A stretch of DNA of 32,000 nt from Promethearchaeia archaeon (GTDB lineage Archaea; Asgardarchaeota; Lokiarchaeia; Sigyniarchaeales; SOKP01). Position 1 is the first letter of the stretch. Every line of letters starts with the position of its first letter. A model generated the notes under the pieces. It was not told the origin of the DNA and ran no database searches. It saw only the letters and a list, made by a program, of their open reading frames with translations. The DNA is taken from positions 1 through 32,000 of the forward strand of contig JAWOFX010000007.1 of NCBI GenBank assembly GCA_046497275.1. The letters run 5' to 3'. The position numbers were made by a program, and so were the translations under genes. Below, piece after piece: positions 27,037 to 32,000 of this stretch.

Positions 27037-29427
27037 TTAAATTTCATCCAAACTTGCTTTTTCTTTTTGTTTGGGCATAGAAGGGACTTTCTTGCTGTAT
27101 TCACCAGGTTTTAAAGGACCTAGATTTTTAAGTTCTTCTGTGAATTCTTTAATGACTCGTGAAAATTTTTCTCCTTCTCCTGCAGACACACTTTCGATTC
27201 TAACTCGTTTCTCATTTAACCCAGATTCTGCTAACAAATCTCTTATGGATTTATAACGCGTACTAGCTTTAATAAAACCTGTTTCATAATGACAATCTTG
27301 AGGATAACAACCTGCGATTAAAACTCCATCAGCACCCTCTTTAAAACTCTCAAAAACTAATGATGGATCTAACATTGCAGTACACATCACTCTTATCGGC
27401 CGAACATTAGATGGATAATTAATTTTGCTAGTTCCAGCTAAATCTGCTCCCATATAGGAACACCAATTGCATAAAAATGCTATAATTAGAGGAGATTCGC
27501 TTTTACTTTTTAGAGTAGCTTTAATTTGTGCCTGAGTCTGATCTTTTGTGAATCCTGGAATATATAGTGCCTCATTTGGACACATAGCAGCACATGCTCC
27601 ACATCCAGAACAATTGGCGGGAATAATATTTAATTTATTATCTTCAATTTTGATTGCTTTATATATACATATATTTTCACATAAGCGGCATAAATCACAT
27701 TTTTCTGGAATATGATACACGATATGGGGATCCAATTCAACTTTTCCCTTCGAAATTAATGCTATCGCTTTAGATGCGGCACTTTCTGCCTGTGCGATAC
27801 TATTTGGGATATCTTTTGGTCCTTGAATGGCTCCCGCTATATATATCCCATTTACAGACGATTCAGAAGGTCTTACTTTAAGATGTCTTTCTAATAAAAA
27901 TCCATAGGGATCTTGGGATATGTTCAAAATTTTACTCAAATCATTTGTTCCCTCCGCGGGCTCGATTCCAACTGCTAAGACTACCATATCTGATTTATGT
28001 TCAAATATATTATCTCCTATGACATCTTCACCTTTAATGATTAATTCATCTGAGTTGTCACTTTTAACTATTTCAGAGATATTACTTTTAATGAATCTTA
28101 TTCCAAAATCCTCTCGACCCCTATTGTAAAATTCCTCACAATTTTTTCCAACTGCTCTAATATCTGTATAATAAATATTCACATTTATTTTAGGATTTTC
28201 CTTTTTCAATAGTATTGCTTGTTTTATTGATGCATTACAACAAACTTGACTGCAATATTCATGATTGATCTTTTTATTTCTAGACCCAACACAAAGAACA
28301 AAAGAAACTTTATTCGGTGGTTCTCCATTAGATGGTCTGACAACAACACCTTTAGTTGGACCGTCATTGTTTAATAATCGTTCCATCTGAAGCGTGGTTA
28401 TGACATCTTGATATTTTTGATAATTTAATTCTGCTAAAATTGAAGGATCAAACGTTTTAAGCCCTGTTGCAACTATGATGGACCCTACTTTAATATTGAT
28501 AAATTCGGGTTCTTGATCAAAAATTATTGCGTCTCTATCACAAGCTTGCTCACAAGCTTTACATCCAATACAATATTCCTCTATTATATTGGGATACAAA
28601 GGAATTGCTTGAGGATATGCAACATCAATTGCCTTTCTAGGAAAAAAAGTATCTTCAACATCGATTGGACATACTTCTCTACATATATCCACACATCCTA
28701 CACAATTCTCTTCATCTATATAGCGAGGTTTTTTCTTAATTTTAACTTTAAAATTTCCAATATATCCATTAACTTCTTCTATTTCAGAATATGCATAAAG
28801 TTCGATATTAGGATGTTCATTAACTTCTGACATCATCGGTCCTAAAATACAGATCGAACAATCGAGAGTAGGGAACGTTTTGTCAAACAGAGCCATATGT
28901 CCCCCAATGGTATTTTCTCTTTCTACTAAATAGACTTTATAACCCGCATCAGCAATAACTAATGCTGCCTTGATACCTGCGATGCCTCCTCCTATTATTA
29001 AAGTACTGGGGTTCACTTCCGCATGTTGGATATCTAAGGGTTCTAAAAGTTTTACTTGTTCTATTGCCATGTTAATTTGGTCAATAGCTTTTCTAGTTGC
29101 TTTCTGTGGTTGATTAGCATGAACCCATGAATTTTGTTCTCGAATATTAGCAAATGAAATTAAAAATCTATTTATTCCCGCTTTTTCTATCGTTTTTCTG
29201 AAAAGATTTCCATGTAGTTTAAAAGAACATGCGGCTATAACAACTCTATCGATCTGTTCTTCTTCGATTTTTTCAGTGATTTCTTTTAATCCGAGTTCTG
29301 AACATAAATAAGTCTGTTGATGTACGACAAGATCGGGATATTCAGAAAAATGTTCTATAATCTTTTCATTATTAATTACTCCTGAAATATTCTTTCCACA
29401 ATCGCATAAAAATAGCCCGATTTTCAA
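27037..29427 (-). CDS. hdrA: HdrA (FAD/Fe-S heterodisulfide reductase subunit A) fused to a C-terminal MvhD/FlpD domain
   Basis: FLCDCG, ANIREQ, IIGGGIAG, KTFPTLDCSIC, 2x[4Fe-4S] inserts, YCSQVCC. C-terminal FLCNWCSY.GAD...RVMC...GC..QDCHY (about 27100-27500) is MvhD-like. Confidence 0.92.
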   Translation of the reverse strand: MKIGLFLCDCGKNISGVINNEKIIEHFSEYPDLVVHQQTYLCSELGLKEITEKIEEEQIDRVVIAACSFKLHGNLFRKTIEKAGINRFLISFANIREQNSWVHANQPQKATRKAIDQINMAIEQVKLLEPLDIQHAEVNPSTLIIGGGIAGIKAALVIADAGYKVYLVERENTIGGHMALFDKTFPTLDCSICILGPMMSEVNEHPNIELYAYSEIEEVNGYIGNFKVKIKKKPRYIDEENCVGCVDICREVCPIDVEDTFFPRKAIDVAYPQAIPLYPNIIEEYCIGCKACEQACDRDAIIFDQEPEFINIKVGSIIVATGLKTFDPSILAELNYQKYQDVITTLQMERLLNNDGPTKGVVVRPSNGEPPNKVSFVLCVGSRNKKINHEYCSQVCCNASIKQAILLKKENPKINVNIYYTDIRAVGKNCEEFYNRGREDFGIRFIKSNISEIVKSDNSDELIIKGEDVIGDNIFEHKSDMVVLAVGIEPAEGTNDLSKILNISQDPYGFLLERHLKVRPSESSVNGIYIAGAIQGPKDIPNSIAQAESAASKAIALISKGKVELDPHIVYHIPEKCDLCRLCENICIYKAIKIEDNKLNIIPANCSGCGACAAMCPNEALYIPGFTKDQTQAQIKATLKSKSESPLIIAFLCNWCSYMGADLAGTSKINYPSNVRPIRVMCTAMLDPSLVFESFKEGADGVLIAGCYPQDCHYETGFIKASTRYKSIRDLLAESGLNEKRVRIESVSAGEGEKFSRVIKEFTEELKNLGPLKPGEYSKKVPSMPKQKEKASLDEI

Positions 29428-29630
29428 ATATATTCACTCAAAAATGGTTTTCAAATCTAATTTTATAATTCTAATTATTATAAATAATTATTAAAAATAA
29501 TCTTGACTCTTCATAAAAATAATTTTATCTTTACTAATTATTTTTCTCTAAAAGGAAACCAGTTTAATTTCAAAGATTCTTGCTTATCTGATTAAGAGTT
29601 GTAAATAGTGTAAAGTTAGAAATAATTCGA

Positions 29631-30257
29631 TTAATAACGCTTAGATTTTTTACATAAATCCTTCGGTAAAAAGGGAAAAACATTAAAAATATCAAAATCA
29701 TGCTCTTTCATTTTTAAAAAGAAGTTTTTCTCGATTTTGTATTCTCTGTGAGCCCATTGAGTAATCTCATCAGAAGTGTAATAACGCCCTTCATTTTGCA
29801 ATGATTTTTCCAGTCCTGGACACTCTCGAGTATATTTTCGAAAATTTCTTACACTAGTTATAAGCATATTCCAGCCTATTGGATAAGCTTTACATTGAAA
29901 AGGGCGCGCTTTATGTACTGTACAAAGATTTTCCTCGGAAAGGAAAGGACAATGCTCATCCTCACCTACAAATCGGAATCCTAGCGTTTTAAAGGAATAA
30001 TTTCTTCCTCTACTTGCACCTTTAGGTTTCCAATAAAAACTAGTTCCAATTAATTTAACATATTTTTCACAAAATGAAGTTAATGTAATATCTTGATCCA
30101 ATTCTTGATTCATATAATTAACTAAGCGAATGATATCTTCCTTGTATAAGAAAACTTCTCCACTATTAAAACCTCTGCAGCACTGCCCGCATTTTTGACA
30201 TGCAAAATGTATGCCATCTTTAAAAAACTTTGTAAGATTTATATTCGTCGAGGTCAA
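29631..30257 (-). CDS. YkgJ-family cysteine-cluster protein
   Basis: FACQKCGQCC ... CPFL...CTVHKARPFQCKAYP ... CPG. Confidence 0.85.
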   Translation of the reverse strand: MTSTNINLTKFFKDGIHFACQKCGQCCRGFNSGEVFLYKEDIIRLVNYMNQELDQDITLTSFCEKYVKLIGTSFYWKPKGASRGRNYSFKTLGFRFVGEDEHCPFLSEENLCTVHKARPFQCKAYPIGWNMLITSVRNFRKYTRECPGLEKSLQNEGRYYTSDEITQWAHREYKIEKNFFLKMKEHDFDIFNVFPFLPKDLCKKSKRY

Positions 30258-30456
30258 TATCCTTATAGGTCTTTAATTCTAAAGAATTAATTGTTTTGAA
30301 ATATTTAATATTTATGCTTACTAATTATTAGAAGAGAATTTATGGGTATTATGTTTAATTATTAATCTCATGATTTATTTCATATTTAAATGTTATATAT
30401 TAGAACATTGGTATTTTCATAGACTATTTAAATTAGTATTCTAAAAATAATAATTA

Positions 30457-32000
30457 ATGGGATTACTAAGTGAAGTTTTTCATGATCAATTAAAGACTGT
30501 TAGAAATATTTTTGAAAAACACGGTATTTCTCAAACTCAAAATTTTAAAAAATGGAAAAACGACTTCATTAAATTGTATAATGCAAAATCCGTAAATCTG
30601 GATTTATATACAAATTACTCAATTTTGTATTTTCTTTCTTATTATTTGATTAAAATATTTTTTGATAAAAAGCATCCTGAATCAGTTTGTATACTAAAAA
30701 AACCGACTTTTATTGAAATAAGAAGTAATATAATTGATGATTTTGAGTTTTTTAATTTGAAGAAAATTGCATATTTCGATCCTATTCTTAATTGTTTAAC
30801 TGATAAACAATTTTTCTTTTTTAGCTCATTAATACTAAAAATTTTTAAAAAAATTCAAGATAAAGAGATAGAAAATATTTATTATTTGGATTACGCAATG
30901 CAGAATCTTCTTTCTCCAAAATTGAGGCATAAAATGGGGGAATTCTACACACCTCCTTTTCTTACCAAAAAGATGACAGAGTATTCTTACAATTTTGGAG
31001 ATTACGTTCTTGATCCTTGTTGTGGATCGGGAAACTTTTTGCTTGCAATAATCGATACAATTTTAAAAAGAAATGAACCGATGAAGAATAAAATTGAAGC
31101 GATTGATAAGATCTATGGATTTGATATCAATCCAATGGCAATATTAATGGCGAGGATAAATATTCTTCTTTTGCTTGGAAAAAAAAATTCTAAAATATAT
31201 TCAAATCTGTACAATATTGACTGTTTAGAACCTGATAATAAAATTAAAGGCATTTTATTTGATTTGGTGATAGGAAATCCTCCTTGGTTTACATTAAGAG
31301 ATATGGTTTCTGTCCAAACTCAAAATTATATTAAAAATCTCGCTGAGGAATTACACATTAAGCCCCAGCCTAAAAATATTCTAAATATTGAGATTGCGAC
31401 AATTTTTTTTTATCAATGTAAAAATTTATACTTAAAAAATAATGGAAAGATCTTTTTTGTTTTATCTGAAGGTATAATAAATGGATCTCATGCTTCCAGA
31501 TTTAGAAATTTTAATAATTTAAAAGAGATTATTATATGGTCGTTTTCAAAACAAATTCAAAATTTATTTAACGTTAAGGCAGTGTGTTTATTTGCGATAA
31601 ATTCAGACAAAAAAAATAATAAACCCAAACAGATTCCTTGTTTAATTTTCGATCTTAAAAATAATAAGGAAGATCTAAAAAATTTCGATGAAATACAATT
31701 AGAAGTTAATAAAAAATTAAATTTCATACCTTATGATAAAATCCAAAAAGCAAATAAAGTTTATACTAAAAAATTAATTTCTGAGGAAGAATATAATCTT
31801 CTTGGGAATCTTGAAGAAAGTCCTTATAAAAAACTTTTTCATAAAGGTGCAGATTTAAATCCGAGAAATTTAATATTTGTAGAAATTACGGAAAAAAATC
31901 ACCGGCATGTAAATATAAATCCTGATGAGAAAATCTTTAAAAGAGCAAAAGTTCCATGGAATCACCATGAATTCGATAATGAAGTTGTTGAAAAAGAATA
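30457..32000 (+). CDS. N6-adenine DNA methyltransferase (Type IIG/IIL, Eco57I/HsdM-like gamma class), 3'-truncated by the window edge
   Basis: Translated by hand: open from ATG 30457 to the end of the window (514 codons). GEFYTP (aa 161), VLDPCCGSGNFL (D186), LVIGNPPW (N274). Confidence 0.9.
   Translation, partial: MGLLSEVFHDQLKTVRNIFEKHGISQTQNFKKWKNDFIKLYNAKSVNLDLYTNYSILYFLSYYLIKIFFDKKHPESVCILKKPTFIEIRSNIIDDFEFFNLKKIAYFDPILNCLTDKQFFFFSSLILKIFKKIQDKEIENIYYLDYAMQNLLSPKLRHKMGEFYTPPFLTKKMTEYSYNFGDYVLDPCCGSGNFLLAIIDTILKRNEPMKNKIEAIDKIYGFDINPMAILMARINILLLLGKKNSKIYSNLYNIDCLEPDNKIKGILFDLVIGNPPWFTLRDMVSVQTQNYIKNLAEELHIKPQPKNILNIEIATIFFYQCKNLYLKNNGKIFFVLSEGIINGSHASRFRNFNNLKEIIIWSFSKQIQNLFNVKAVCLFAINSDKKNNKPKQIPCLIFDLKNNKEDLKNFDEIQLEVNKKLNFIPYDKIQKANKVYTKKLISEEEYNLLGNLEESPYKKLFHKGADLNPRNLIFVEITEKNHRHVNINPDEKIFKRAKVPWNHHEFDNEVVEKE

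Noticed and set aside
726-28830. Short antisense or overlapping ORFs in the track (726-962, 2554-2760, 4465-4776, 7401-7619, 7788-8012, 8708-8944, 10576-10758, 10936-11136, 12398-12710, 17666-17920, 21500-21721, 22034-22273, 23732-24103, 24734-24931, 25094-25303, 27071-27256, 27920-28129, 28513-28830)
   Set aside because: They lie opposite well-supported genes and show no recognisable motifs, so they are treated as shadow ORFs.
1-32000. tRNA or rRNA genes
   Set aside because: No GC-rich cloverleaf or rRNA-like stretch was seen in any intergenic gap.

Overview
AT-rich archaeal chromosomal window, most likely from an Asgard archaeon of the Loki/Promethearchaeota type. This is inferred from a gelsolin-domain gene, an HdrA-MvhD fusion, TrmB-like and CDP-alcohol transferase genes and the general gene style. 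The left end holds a tnpB-only mobile element. Its TnpB is unusually large (~720-763 aa), has an intact but rearranged RuvC triad (D325/E616/D666), has lost the Zn finger, and carries a ~150-160 aa helical insertion after the bridge helix. A structured putative omega/reRNA overlaps its 3' end. The middle (2.5-14.3 kb) is mostly metabolic: GIFT-like protein, purA, MFS + D-aminoacylase + ornithine-racemase-like gene, malic enzyme, and an acyl-CoA dehydrogenase-rubredoxin fusion. From 14.5 to 21.1 kb lie several eukaryote-like architectures: a vWA-RING(C4HC3) protein with an internally deleted tandem paralogue, a wHTH-coiled coil-PLD-like protein with a possible Vps28-like tail, and a gelsolin with two copies of an unrecognised 80-aa domain. 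The right part has an MFS transporter, a GH3/ANL-like ligase, a wHTH regulator, DUF711, HdrA-MvhD, YkgJ and a partial N6-adenine methyltransferase that the ORF track missed. No CRISPR array, tRNA or rRNA was seen. All family calls come from motifs recognised by eye; no database searches were run.
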